Of a DNA stretch of 64,000 nucleotides, positions 1 through 12,852 are shown piece after piece. A program made the position numbers and the translations under genes. Position 1 is the first letter of the stretch. Each line of letters starts with the position of its first letter. The notes beneath the pieces are model-generated. The model did not search any database. It was not told the DNA's origin and saw nothing but the letters and a program-made list of their open reading frames with translations. The DNA is from Octopus bimaculoides (taxonomy: Eukaryota): NCBI RefSeq assembly GCF_001194135.2, contig NC_068984.1, positions 90,720,223 through 90,784,222 on the forward strand, in the 5' to 3' direction.

Positions 1-183
1 AACTTTAACGATATTATAAACTATAAAGATTAATAATTAATCAAAAATAATCGAAAATATATCAACACTATTCCAATCGAAGTTCTAATATTATGTTGAA
101 ATGAAACTATAACTTCTAAATAATTTAGTGTTAAATAAGTTATCTATTAAAATAATCTATAAAGAACCAAATGAATAGTATAA

Positions 184-579
184 AAACAAGAATACATATA
201 TAAGAAATATAGCATAATCCTAGATAGGTTCTATATAGGAAGCACGAAGAACTTTAAGGCTAGATATAGAGCACTTATGAGTTTGTTTTCAATGGAAATA
301 TACAGTAACTCTACCACACTTGCCTCTTATCTTCATGAACTCAAGAAGAAGAAGATAAAGTACTCTCTTGAATGGTTTATTATAGCGAGGGCCCCATACT
401 TTAAGGCAAATATTAGCAAATGCTCTTTATGTATTAGGGAATCCCTTGCGATTCTCAGGTCTTTTGGACCAAAAACCCTGAATAAGTTCACTGAGGTAGT
501 CCCCTTCTGCAACCATAAGTTTTCCTCCACCTTCTTGAAACTGTATAGAGATAAAAATAAATTTAAAATTAATAAATAA
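184..579 (+). mobile_element. Penelope-like element, GIY-YIG endonuclease C-terminal remnant
   Basis: Open frame from 184 reads KQEYIYKKYSIILDRFYIGSTKNFKARY (YIY...YIG motif). It continues into ORF 277-579 (YSNSTTLASYLHELKKKKIKYSLEWFIIARA...CSLCIRE...LNKFTEVVPFCNH), which resembles the PLE endonuclease tail. A hammerhead fold lies downstream. Confidence 0.8.
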
Positions 580-779
580 TAAGTGTAATAGTTTACGTTA
601 GGGTGAATTGAAACCTCGTAGATTGGTTTTGATACTGCAGCCTGTTTGGCTATTCTAAAATGGCACTTTTTTTTTTTTGTGGAATCCTCCAATTATTTAC
701 ATAGGCTGGTCCAATTTGTTTATATATATTTGCTCTTTATAGAAATCTTTTTTTTTTCCCTTGTGCATGTTGTGACTTT

Positions 780-862
780 TATCCTGACGAGGAGGTCATC
801 ACCAGTTTACACTCTATTGTGTTTTGAAATACAGTGGTGTACCTCCGAAATGGCCACAGGTA
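780..862 (+). ncRNA. Type I hammerhead ribozyme, degenerate (probable Penelope pLTR)
   Basis: CTGACGA 784-790; stem II GGAGGT 791-796/ACCTCC 841-846, extended by CACCA 800-804/TGGTG 835-839; GAAA 847-850; palindromic stem III A-TGGCCA-C; stem I TATC/GGTA (4 bp with one G-U). Cleavage triplet is ACA instead of AUA (U16.1->C). Confidence 0.7.
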
Positions 863-1315
863 TTGTATGAAGTTCGTGAAATTGTTTTTACTGATGGATA
901 CCTGTGGTGTGCTGTAATTGAACTTTTGCCTGTTGATACCTGCTGGATGCCTGTTGTTTGCTATTGTGTTGCCGGATTGGTGCGAACTTGCCTTTTGGTG
1001 TCTACTGGTTTTGAGGTGTGAAATGTGCCCGAGGGAGTTGAAGAACTTTGAACTTTAATTCTAAGTGGTGTTAAATCACTTCTGTCCTTGTTTTTTTCAA
1101 CCGATAGACTACTTTATGGTACCTCATTTCTTCATTTCATTTTATTTTACTATATCGACTTATATTATATTATATTATATTATTATATTATATATTTGAA
1201 ATTTTTACTCTTCCCGTATTAATTTTTATTCCTATTAATTTTAACTTTTTTAACTTCTATGAAATGATATTCACGTGTATTGTATTATACCTTTAACTCA
1301 ATTTTTTTCAATTCC

Positions 1316-1958
1316 NNNNNNNNNNNNNNNNNNNNNNNNNNNNNNNNNNNNNNNNNNNNNNNNNNNNNNNNNNNNNNNNNNNNNNNNNNNNNNNNNNNNN
1401 NNNNNNNNNNNNNNNNNNNNNNNNNNNNNNNNNNNNNNNNNNNNNNNNNNNNNNNNNNNNNNNNNNNNNNNNNNNNNNNNNNNNNNNNNNNNNNNNNNNN
1501 NNNNNNNNNNNNNNNNNNNNNNNNNNNNNNNNNNNNNNNNNNNNNNNNNNNNNNNNNNNNNNNNNNNNNNNNNNNNNNNNNNNNNNNNNNNNNNNNNNNN
1601 NNNNNNNNNNNNNNNNNNNNNNNNNNNNNNNNNNNNNNNNNNNNNNNNNNNNNNNNNNNNNNNNNNNNNNNNNNNNNNNNNNNNNNNNNNNNNNNNNNNN
1701 NNNNNNNNNNNNNNNNNNNNNNNNNNNNNNNNNNNNNNNNNNNNNNNNNNNNNNNNNNNNNNNNNNNNNNNNNNNNNNNNNNNNNNNNNNNNNNNNNNNN
1801 NNNNNNNNNNNNNNNNNNNNNNNNNNNNNNNNNNNNNNNNNNNNNNNNNNNNNNNNNNNNNNNNNNNNNNNNNNNNNNNNNNNNNNNNNNNNNNNNNNNN
1901 NNNNNNNNNNNNNNNNNNNNNNNNNNNNNNNNNNNNNNNNNNNNNNNNNNNNNNNNNN
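1316..1958. other. Assembly gap (643 N) followed by (AT)n
   Basis: Run of N; (AT)n at 1959-2000. Confidence 1.
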
Positions 1959-2007
<49 letters not shown>

Positions 2008-3862
2008 CAAACACACATACACAGATGTGCAAGCATGCATGCACACACATACAGAGTGGTGGACCTACCTTTATGTGGCCATGACACTTGAACTGTTATG
2101 GGAGCCCCTTCATAACCAGTGACTATAGCACAACATCCAACAAGACCTGAAAGGCCTTGCTACCTCTACAAGGGCTTTGAGGTCTAAATGATAGAGAATA
2201 GTGTGATTGGGTGAAATTCTTGTAAATGCAGTGGGCTTTTTCCTACCAGTCATGTTATCTTCTTTAATGTGTTTATTCTATGACAAATCATTGCAAATTT
2301 AAAAGTAAAATGTAACATTTATGCCTCAGATTTTGATTTAAATTACTATGCTGAGTTATCTTGTATGTCAAAGTCACTGATGTGACTTGGACATGGAAGA
2401 TATAAAAATTTCCTATACCTTATAGATTCAAATTATGGAGGGATGAAAATTATGGATTCTCTGTACACATCCTTAATGCATTGTAGATTGATGAAATAAA
2501 ACATACCAAAGACCAGAGTTAATATAGTTTTCAAAATACTTTTTTTCTTGTTTTTTTTTCTCTAGCATGTTACTAGAGAAAAACAGAAAAAAGAGTATTT
2601 TGTAAACTATATTCACACAAAGTTTTCTCACATGAGAGTTTCTTTGCAATGTCATTTTCTGGAGACAATATGGGCAGCAAATTTAAATGTCCTTCAGACG
2701 AGGGATATTTATGAAGAAATTTTTGTTTTGAGAAATTCCTTTCTGCTTCACAGCCCATGACAGGCATTGACAAGCACACGTGGATGGCCCAACATAACTG
2801 GAAACAATTGTGCTATATTTGTAGCAACAGAGATTTCTGATGTCTATCTGCCATCTGTCTTAACTTTCTTTCTGGGTTGTCTGGCTGTAGCAAGAATGGA
2901 GGCACATCACACAGCTGCCTCAACATTGTGCATGGTAAAAAGTGAGAATGAGTTGGTCCACTCTCAATGCTCCACAAAGAGTGTTGGCACCCAAAAGCAG
3001 CTTATAGGGTACAAAAATAGGATTGTTGAAGATTGAATCATGCGATGGCTTGACACTGATTGGTTGCTTAACAGACCAATTTTGTGAAACTACTGTGATT
3101 TGGCCATGATGTATGACTGGTTACTAAGCAGTTCAGTTTTGAATTACCTCTACAGTATCTTGGTTATCAATTTGATTTACAATTTCATGTTGCACATGTT
3201 TTTCTATGATTTTTATCAATTCTCCTGACAGTTTTTGCTAGATAAGTTCTTCAAGTTCCTGATGCACATCGTTTTTATTTGTCTTCCTTGTTATCCAGCT
3301 TAGCATTACAATGGAGAATCATGAAGCAAACCTGGAACACAAGTTCCATACTATCCTCATGATTTTCTAGAGTTCTAAGTTCATTTATCCAATTAGAAAA
3401 CCCACCTGTTGTGAGTGATGTTTGACATTTAGGAAAGACTTTGCAAACAGAACTGTATGCATGTATTGCATGCACAAGTACACATGCGCATACACACAAA
3501 TGCAAACACATACACAAACACGCACACACACACATATATGGTTAAGAAGCATACTTCTCAACCATGCAGCCATTCCTGAACCTATTCTTTTATATTTTTT
3601 AATTGGCAAAAAGTTACCAAAGAACATCAAGGGCCAAGAGTTTCATGTATGGTTCTTATGAAGCTGACTTAAACTCAAGAACACATTTCTGATATAGTAT
3701 GAATTACAGTTCTATCTGAAATGTTTAATTAATAATTCATGCTGGAGATTCATGTTAAAATTTGAGAAATTGAATAATCTGCCTCTTAACAGCAAATGGG
3801 CTAAAGAGAAAATTAAATGCAGACATGTAAAAACGCACACACATGCATGTGCGTGTGCACGA

Positions 3863-3899
<37 letters not shown>

Positions 3900-4483
3900 G
3901 TTTGCTGCATATCAACTCCTTTACTTGTCTCTGAATCAGCCATAAATTACAATAACTTACTATTTTTTTCTTAATATTATCATAAATTGTTGAGGAATGT
4001 ATGTTATACTCACACATACATAATTGCATTCTGGTTTTCATCCCTCTTCAAAGGCCTTTTATTTCAGTTCCTAGGTGCAATGTGAGAATCACATGCTTTC
4101 TTTTCACACTTTTCTCAAATTGGTTTCACTCATTAATATTGGAAGACAGTTTTACTAATAAGACAATAAACAGAAAGACTAAGGTGCTTACAAAAGACTA
4201 AGATGCTGATAACTCTTCTTTTCAACTTGAATGTAAAACAATGACTGAGTGATGGCCGCAGCCAGTGATAATTCAAAGGAAAATATAAAGTTGGTGACAT
4301 GCTGGTCAATTGAGCTTGCTGGACTATTGGACATGGGGTTAATGGAACTTTATTTCATATATTTATTAGGTGGTGAATAGGCAGTCATTACAGCATCAGA
4401 TAAAATGCTTTATTGTATTTAATCTAGCGTCTTGTATTCTGAGCTCATATTCAACTGAGGTCAACCTTGCTTTTCATCCTTCT

Positions 4484-4780
4484 GATCATCATCATCAACA
4501 TCTTCCTTGTTGTTGTTGTTGTTGTTGAGTATGTTTTCCATGCTAGCAATGGGTTGGACAGGAGCTGGCCAGGCAGAAGACTACACCAGGCTTCTGTGTC
4601 TATTTTGGCACAGTTTTTACAGCTAGATGCCCTTCTTAACACCAACCACCCAGCAGAATGGACTGGGTGCTTTTTACATGGCACAAGCACAGGCGAGGCT
4701 AGTTTTGACATGGTTTTTACAGCTGGATGCCCTTCCATATGCCAACCACTTTACAATGTGGACTGGATGCTTGACAAGTG
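4484..4780 (-). mobile_element. SINE / RTE 3'-UTR-type repeat with (GAT)n tail
   Basis: Shares ttccatgct.gca.gggttgga and ctggatgcccttc.taa..ccaaccac blocks with copies near 9490-9670, 12853-13118, 25255-25440, 34500-34700, 47634 and 63154. Confidence 0.7.
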
Positions 4781-5711
4781 AAGTACCTGTCCAGGGTGGT
4801 GAACTAGCAGAATTGTTAGAACACCTGACACTGTCTTGCAATATTTGTTCTGGTTCTGTTGTTTTCTGAGTTCCTGTTGTGGCCAAGGTAGACATAATCC
4901 AATGTTCAGGTTAACACCACCACCTGATCCTTGGGTGCCATTAGTAGAGTCCATTTTGTTACAAGCATTAGGTCCAAGTCTCTGGTCTGAGGATAGCTAC
5001 AACTCTCCCTCCCACAAATTCCGGAAGCCTAGTATAAGGGCATGAGCAGTGTTTTCCCTCCTGACTAGATGTTAAATATATATTTATGTGCAATATATTT
5101 CATTTATATCCATATTCATTTTCAACAAACAAAGCAATAAATGAATAGATTAGAAGCACTGATACTATGGCAGTACAGAAACCATAAAGAGAATTGAAAA
5201 TAAGTCAAAACAGATCTCCTTAATTGTGGAGTTGTAGAAAAAGAACGTATTTATCCAACAGTTTAGTTGTGTTCTATTTAGTGATATTGTATGACTTCTT
5301 TATGGTGACATCTATTTTTAGTGTTTATGGAGTAAACATTATTCAATTTAAATCAACTGTATTCTAAGCTTAAATTTTCTTTTATTATTGATATTCTGGT
5401 TCACAAAATTTTACGACTTATATCTCAAGATTACTTTTAGCATGTAGGTAAACTAAAATGTATACTATAAACTTCTGCATCAGTTATGACTACAATTTAC
5501 ATTTGAAATATTGCCTAATACATTCACTAATGTATCTTCTAAACATCAAAAATCCTTGTAATAGATATTAGTTATGAAAATATAACCATTAAATTCATAA
5601 TAATTATTTGAAGCAAACCATGTATATTTTAAAGCTTCAGGATTGTTTTGAAACTAATTTATATTAGACTCGTGGAAATATGATTCTTTTATTTTACTTT
5701 TAATTTTACAG

Positions 5712-5751
5712 AGAAATCAAGGCTCTACAACAGATAGAAGATAATCCCTAT
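5712..5751 (+). CDS. CDK20: CDK20 exon (first visible): (R)EIKALQQIEDNPY
   Basis: ttttacag acceptor, gtaagt donor; matches CDK20 EIKALQEMEDNQY; joins the next exon in phase 0. Confidence 0.9.
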
Positions 5752-7207
5752 GTAAGTTAAATCTTGAAACTCCTACTTAGTTCATTATTCTTACACATTG
5801 TGTTACCAATAATATGGAAAAATAGTTTCATAATATGGTAGAAAAGCAGATTCAAACACTTTAAGGATGTGAATACACTATGAATTTAGAATTATGCAGA
5901 ACATGACAATAATGTTTATTTTCTTTCTTACACATTGTTTATACATACAAAAGTGATATCATCATAAAGGAGACAGGCCATAGCACTCCATATGTATTAC
6001 AAGATAAGGTTGTTAGATGGATGTATGCATCTTTTCTACATTCATTTAGTTCTTTTTTATTTTTATATTATTTTTATGGCTTAAAGGAGTAAAAGCAGTG
6101 CCCATGAACTTTGTAAGATCATATTATGACTGGAAATTTGGTTTGAATCCTCACAATAGAACAGAATAGACTAAAGGTATTCAAGGGCTGAATGGCAGTT
6201 TTAAAGAAATTGAGCTAAGACTGGTTCCTTAATATATCTTCACTCTCAGAAATATTTTCATTTTCTGCTATGTATTGTTTTACCAGTTACGTAATGTATT
6301 AAATTTACCAATATTTACTGTTGCTAATCAGTTTTATTAGCACCACTGCCATCCTATATTGAACCATAAAGAAATGAGAGTTTTCTGATCTGTTACATTG
6401 CTTGATTGAGTGTTTTTTTTTATGAACAATTATTATTATTATAATAATGTATTTTTTTAAATTTTTTTTTTTTTAATTTCCTTTTTTAGAAAATTTCCCA
6501 AATAATAAGCATGAAGCCCAGCTCTGTTTAACATGTTGTGCTTAGTAATCTATGTACTAATTACTATACTATAAATATAATTAAGTTACTCAGAAAATAA
6601 AATGCAATAGAAATATATTCATGCACATATGTACAAAGAAACAATTTATCTTAGGTTAGGCATGGGCCACCTTTCTTGAAAAGTAGGCCACATGAGACAT
6701 GACTCATTGTCAGGCAGGCTGTTTTGCTAAAAAAATTCAAAGTAACTTTTCATTAGGCATGCCATTCAGAAAATCTCAATGCTCATGACTGTTTTAGATA
6801 TTGATGGTTATAGTTGTTAGCAGTGCACATTTCATTCAAATAGTAACCAAATATGTAAAGGGAATATTTCTTTTGTTTTCATTTGTTAAATCCTTTATTA
6901 ACATTGGGTCAGATATTCTCTCTGACTCAATAATGGAATGATTGGGTAGAGATACACATAATATGTAGCCATGTTGAATAGTTGAATTAGAGGTATATGT
7001 AGTTAATGTCATTATTATAGTGCAGGACAGATATGAAATAACATTTAGATCTAAATTAATTTTTTTAATGATAATGCAATAGATAATTCATAAAACAGCT
7101 GACAACTGTAGTGAGTGATAGTTAACTGTTACCAGATATTTTCAGAACAGAGATTTGGCTTAGGTTTTAAAAAATTCATAAAGATTATAGAAATTGGTAT
7201 ATTTCAG

Positions 7208-7396
7208 GTTGTCAGACTTTTAGATGTCTTTCCTCATGGTGCTGGATTCGTATTGGTTTTTGAGTATATGCTGTCAGATCTGTGGGAAGTGATTCATGAT
7301 TCTGAGCATCCTCTCACTGAGTCTCAGCTAAAATCCTACCTACTTATGCTACTCAAAGGTGTTGCATTTTGTCACAAGAACAATATCATGCATCGT
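7208..7396 (+). CDS. CDK20: CDK20 exon: VVRLLDVFPHGAGFVLVFEYMLSDL...KGVAFCHKNNIMHR
   Basis: atttcag/gtaagt boundaries; 63 codons; FPHG.GFVL.FE.MLSDL is characteristic of CDK20/CCRK. Confidence 0.96.
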
Positions 7397-8363
7397 GTAA
7401 GTTTGTTTTATTTTACCTTTAATCCAATTTTTTTAAATTTCCAAGCTACATTTCTGGAAAAACGATTAATTTAACATATATAAATCACAGTAGGTGTGTG
7501 TATATTGACTAACACATACATTTCCACAATTCTCAACTAATTTTCACCAAACTTTACACAAACATTACTTATGTCCCAAGGATGGTCATGCAGTATAACA
7601 TATTGCCCAGAGCTCCTGCGTAAATGGACGTAAAAAGGACATAGTTGTTTTGTATGTAGGGTCTTCCTTACTTTTTTAATTTTTCTATAAAAGTGAAAGG
7701 ATTTTGTCTATTTATTTCGACTGCCCACTTGTGACTGTTATTAAATTGACTAGGCACACTGTACACAATGAATATCTAATACCAAACAACCTTAATCTCC
7801 ATATTTAAACTGCATTAAACTTTGGCAAGCTTACCTCTACTTATTCTGAGTTACTTGAAAGGTGATGTTCCCTTACCTTTCTTCTATTTGTTGATAACTG
7901 TTTACCTATCAATGCATTGTTTCACTTTAAGGATGCTTATTTATCCATCCATTATGACATTTTGACTGTTGTCCATTGTTTCAAATATGTTTCAGCATTG
8001 TCATTCTAGCCTTTTTTAAACAATCATATATGATTCATCCCAAAGAATCAACCTTTAAATAAGTTTTGCTTCCACTAGCAAAAGTTATACATATCTTTCA
8101 GAAAGCTCCATACCAATTTAACTTTATGTAGCATTTGTTGTTAGTTTATACGCAGGCTATGTGGGAAGACAGAATAAAGGGGATTTTGTTAGCTTATCTC
8201 TCCAAAAAAATAGCTCCCTTTGCTGTTGAAAAAAATAAGTTTGCGGAGGGGAAGTTTCAACGTCTTCCTTCAATTTCATTACACCATTTATATGGCTGTT
8301 TCTGACAAGAAATTTCGCTCTCATGTAAAACAACTATATTTTGTAGTCATTCCACTGTTAGGG

Positions 8364-9162
8364 AGTGACACTTCTTCACACAGCTCTCCTCATCCATATG
8401 CAGTATGTGACCATACCAGCTCAGTCATTTCTTTTGCACACCACATCTGATGCTTCTTATGTCCAACATTTCTCTCAAGGTGCTTACACTCTGCAGTGTG
8501 TGCACACTGACATTACACACCCAGCGGATCATACTAGCTTCATTTCCTTCAAGCCTACGCATGTCTTCAGCAGTCATGGCTCGTGTTTCAATGCCGTGTA
8601 GCATGGCAGTTCGTACACATGCATCATGCAATCTACTTTTCACTCTGAGCGAGAGGCTCTTTGTCACCAGTAGAGGTAGGAGCTTTCTGAACTTTGTCCA
8701 GGCTATTCTTATTCTAGTGGTAACACTCAGAGCATCCACCTCCACCACAGACTTGGTCGCCTAGGTAGCGGAAGCTATCAACGACTTCTAGTTTCTTCCC
8801 CTGGCATGTGATAGAATCAGTTTTCTGAGCATCTGCGGTGTTTATTTTCCCTGTGCATCTGCCGCACAAAAAAGCTAACCTTCCTTTGATGTTGCTGCAC
8901 CTCTTATGCATCCAAAGCTCACACTGGGTACATCTTATGGAATTTCTACCTACACCTTTCCTATAGCTCAAGCAGGGCCATCTACTTGAAGGGTTTTGTG
9001 ATGTGTTCGCCTTCCTACTTACTAGGACTTTGGTTTTTGCAACATTGACTCTGAGGCCCTTCAATTCTAAACCTTGCTTCCACACTTGAAATTTACTCTC
9101 TAGTACTGGTAGTGATTCCGCTATGAGAACAAGGTCATCAGCTTAGAGGAACTCCCAGGGGC
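8364..9162 (-). mobile_element. RTE-clade LINE reverse transcriptase 3' fragment (frameshifted)
   Basis: ELL(Y)ADDLVLIAES at about 9110-9155; ORFs 8714-9085 (GLRVNVAKTKVL...DSFRYLGD) and 8425-8748 (RIRIAWTKFRKLLPLL...). Confidence 0.88.
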
Positions 9163-9220
9163 ATATATATATATATATAAATTAATACAAACAGCCAGGT
9201 GCAATGTAATACCATAAAGG

Positions 9221-9395
9221 AAAAATTCAATCATCACTAAGAGTGATTATGGGTGCCAAAGCACCTACATTGCTAGAAATAAAAGTTAAAATACTCTTAA
9301 TATATTTACATTCTTCTTTCCGCATTTTAACTCTTATTTCTAACAATGTAGGTACTTCAGCACCTTTAGTCACACTTAGTGACGATTGAATTTTT
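9221..9395. repeat. 72-bp imperfect inverted repeat derived from HHR family-2 unit
   Basis: Arm 9221-9292 is the reverse complement of 9324-9395 with scattered mismatches; 31-nt spacer; sequence matches 12555-12620. Confidence 0.85.
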
Positions 9396-9964
9396 CCAAT
9401 ATATATTGATCTTGCCAATAAAAGGTTTGATATTGCCTCATGAAATAATGAGGTTATGCAAGAATGTAAAATTATATAATATCATGTTGGTGCTGCATTA
9501 ATGCACCCATGTTGGTGGCATGTAAAAAGTACTCACCACACTCAGCTAAGTGGTTGGTATTAGGAAGGGCATCCAGTCATAGAAACCATGCCACAACAGA
9601 GTTGGAGTCTGGACAGCTCTCTGCTAGCTAGTTCCATGTCAAACTATCATCCAACCCATGCCAGCATCAATTCTATCTCAGCTTCAGACAATCACATAGT
9701 CAATCAAGTGACCATGACCTGATCTAGAATGATACCAAATTACTTTGTTTTTATTGGACTGTTGAAAAAGAGCATTGGTGATAGAAGGTTCAAATTCACT
9801 GCATAATGATAGTTGCAGCAGTCCATTTGACTTTATTTTGCAAAGACCATGTTTACCAAGAATATTTGGTCAAGAAAGCCAATCTGGTATTAAAATCTCC
9901 TAAAAGGAAAATTTTGTTTTGACTGGGAATTTGGTTCAACAATATTTATAAATCAAAATAGAAC

Positions 9965-10454
9965 TTACCTTTAGCTGCATCTGCAGAACTAAGTGTTGGT
10001 GCATTCAGACTTACTAGTGTAGCATAATTTTGTAGGCCAAATGGGATTCACATTAACATTAGACAATCATTAAATCCATTTGGTAAGGATTCTAGTTTAT
10101 GTACAAATCATTACTAATAGTGAAACCCACACCAGATTTCCATTTTTCTGCTTCAGATTTACCAATCCAGAAGAAAGTGCACTCTCCAACAACTTCATTC
10201 AACTGACCAGAATTTAGTAGCCTTATCTCTGAAAGAGCAGCAATACTAACATTTTTACTTCTCGGAAACTGATCTAGAAGTGATGTTTTGCACTCAGGAC
10301 ACTTCTTGTGGTCCTGGGGGGTGTGTACATTCCAAGTTTCTATACTCATATCCATTTCTCTACCCTTTTCTCTTTGTTTTCTCATATTTTCTTGACTGTA
10401 TGGTTGAAAGTTCAGCCATTCACAGTATAATGACAGGATTGTGTGAGCCAGCAA
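9965..10454 (-). mobile_element. RTE LINE apurinic endonuclease N-terminal remnant
   Basis: ORF 10092-10454: IETWNVHT...IAALSEIRL...TFFWIGK...SGVGFTISN; a (Y)APTL-like segment follows near 9990. Confidence 0.8.
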
Positions 10455-11177
10455 TTTTTAGGACACCTTTTTTAACCCCCTCCCCACACAAGAGAAAGTA
10501 GTGCCATCCTAAATAGGCTGCTTTGTAGTTAAGAAGAGAACACATCAGTTTTACAGAATGGTCATCTACCTCTTAGCATCATACATGAAAAGCTCAAGCT
10601 AGGGACCTCCAGTGACTTTCTCCAACTGTCCCTGTTGCTATCACTTCATCACTGGAGGATTTGATTTGTTCTCATGTTGTCACTAAATGGCCTGCACTGT
10701 GAGTTTCTTTCAAGTGGAATTTGCTTGTGCTGGACAAAACACACTCTCTCCACCTAAAAAGTACATAACCTATGCTGGAGCACTGTGTGCCACTTGTCAA
10801 ATGCAGACTAGGTCACAGATCAAATACTTATAGTATGGCTTGATCTACCAATTGGCTGAGGGTTTGTTGCTCAACACATGCACAAACAAACACATACAAA
10901 GAATATAAAATATTAAAAATATATATATAAAAATGAATTGTGCTGTTGGTGATCTTTTTTTCCTTCTTTGAACTTTTCCTGTTTTCCTTTCCGACGGAGA
11001 GCTATGCTCAAAACATCAAAAACTCTCTCTTTTTACTGAGCATCAAACTAATACATTCCATGTGCATATCCTCTAGTTGTTTGGTTATTGTTATTTTTAA
11101 TGTTCATTTATTCAATTTTACTATATATAATATATATAGACAACAGTATGCAATGTTTTACCAAAAAAGGAAAACTA

Positions 11178-12188
11178 TTGGGTTGGCAAGAAAGTAATTT
11201 TGTTTTTTTAGTGTGAAATTTCTTCATACAAAGAATGAACTTTAATCAATTATATATTTTCCATTTTGTTCGATGACCTTTTGCCATCATTCTGTCCACT
11301 TCATGATTCTTGTACTCATAGAACTTCTGGTCCTTATTTGCCAATTCTGGCCATTTTTCTTTGATTGCTTCCTCCAGTTTCATTAGTTGTTGACAGTAAA
11401 CATCTGAATTGATCATTTGATTCCTTGGAAGCAACTCAAAGTACACGACACCTTTGTAATCCTACCGATTCAACAGCATGACCTTTTTTTTAATGGAATT
11501 CAGCTTTCAATGTGTTTTGTGTTGGTTCATTATGCTTGGACTATGATCGTTTTGGATTGATGCTATTGTAGACAATCCATTTTTCATCACTAGTGATGAT
11601 TCATTTCAAAAAAAGGTTTGATTTCATTGCATTTGAGATCCTTATTGCAAATATTGATTCATTGTGTTAAGTGAATCTCTTTCTATGTATGTAGAACCCA
11701 AATATCGAGCTTCTTAATGACTCCCAAGACATTTTAAGTGATTTTCAATTGTGTGTGATACATTTAACTTTTCTGCAATCTCTCACACAGTTATATGACA
11801 ATCAGATTCAATTATGGCTTTGATTCGGTCATCATCAACTTCAGGAGGTTGGTTGTCTTTGAGTGAAAAATCTCTAGAAAGGAATTTTTTAAACCATTTC
11901 TGATGTGCATTCTCTTAAGCAATCAGCACCATAAACTTCACATATCTCTTTGTGAGCCTCAGCAGGTTTCTTGCCTTTATAGAAATAAAAAAAGCAAAAT
12001 ATGGTGAAGATGTTCGTTTTTGCACCCCATGTTAAAATTGACACTGAACTAACAGTTGTGAACTAAATTACATGCAATTTGCTTCTAAAGTAAGCTAAAA
12101 GTAACAGCTATCAAATGTCAAAAGTCATCCAAAAAAATCGTAACTCTATCTATTTGTGAAGACCGAAATTACTTTCTAGTGAACCCAA
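11178..12188 (-). mobile_element. Mariner transposon, internally deleted, TA-flanked
   Basis: TIRs ttgggttggcaagaaagtaattt and (rc) ttgggttcactagaaagtaattt; TA at 11176-77 and 12189-90; ORF 11246-11446 YFELLPRNQMINSDVYCQQL; homologous to 60009-61250. Confidence 0.92.
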
Positions 12189-12343
12189 TATACTTGTCAC
12201 TAAATATGACTAGGGTGTTAGAAAGAAACACTTACATTGCTAGAAATAAGGGCTAAAATTCTTTAATGCTGTAGTCAAAGCACATAATTGTATACATACT
12301 TACTGACAGGGACTATAATTGCCTGAAAACACCAATCGAGAAT

Positions 12344-12396
12344 TCCTTATACTGACAGGTCAGTTTCAGCAATTTTCGTTGCCTCATCAGTAAGGA
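12344..12396 (-). ncRNA. Type I hammerhead ribozyme, intact core
   Basis: - strand: UCCUUA CUGAUGA GGCAA cgaaaa UUGCU GAAA CUGAC cu GUCAG UA^ UAAGGA. Stem I 6 bp, stem II 5 bp, stem III 6 bp, GUA triplet; predicted cut between 12350 and 12349. Confidence 0.88.
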
Positions 12397-12852
12397 CTGG
12401 CTCGACTTCAACAGATTCCAGACTGAATTCTCTGTCAGTATATATGTTTTCACCATATAAAAATCTATGGATGATTTATTCAATCACTAATGTGTATACA
12501 TAAAATTAATATAGACAGCCATGTGCAATGTTTTACTGAAAAAGGAAACTATAATTGTCACTAAATATGACTAGGGTGTTAGATACACCTACATTGCTGG
12601 AAATATGAACTAAAAATGCTCTAATGTTGTAGTTGTATGAGTTACATAATTTGAAACAGGTTTATTATTACTTATTTTACTGAATTACTATTTTTAAATC
12701 TCACAATGAGAGATATTCAGCTACAGTACTTTGTAGTAAAAACTGTTTGCCAACATAACATAGCAGTCCTGGTTTAGGATGAATGTTGCTGTAATTTGGC
12801 CCCAGCAGACATCGTCTCCAGCTAGCTATACGACACAATCTGTGTCCTTATA

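Larger units (their letters stand above)
11107..12655 (-). mobile_element. HHR family-2 non-coding repeat, about 1.5 tandem units of 361 bp, interrupted by a mariner
   Basis: ttgtcactaaatatgactagggtgttaga at 12194 and 12555 (361-bp period); 11107-11177 matches 12477-12552; HHR at 12344-12396. Confidence 0.8.

Noticed and set aside
1275-2122. Five long ORFs (250-280 aa) in the ORF track
   Set aside because: Artefacts of translating the N gap and (AT)n/(CA)n runs.
2144-2160. GAAAGGCCTT palindromic stem III-like motif
   Set aside because: No upstream CUGANGA or stem II.
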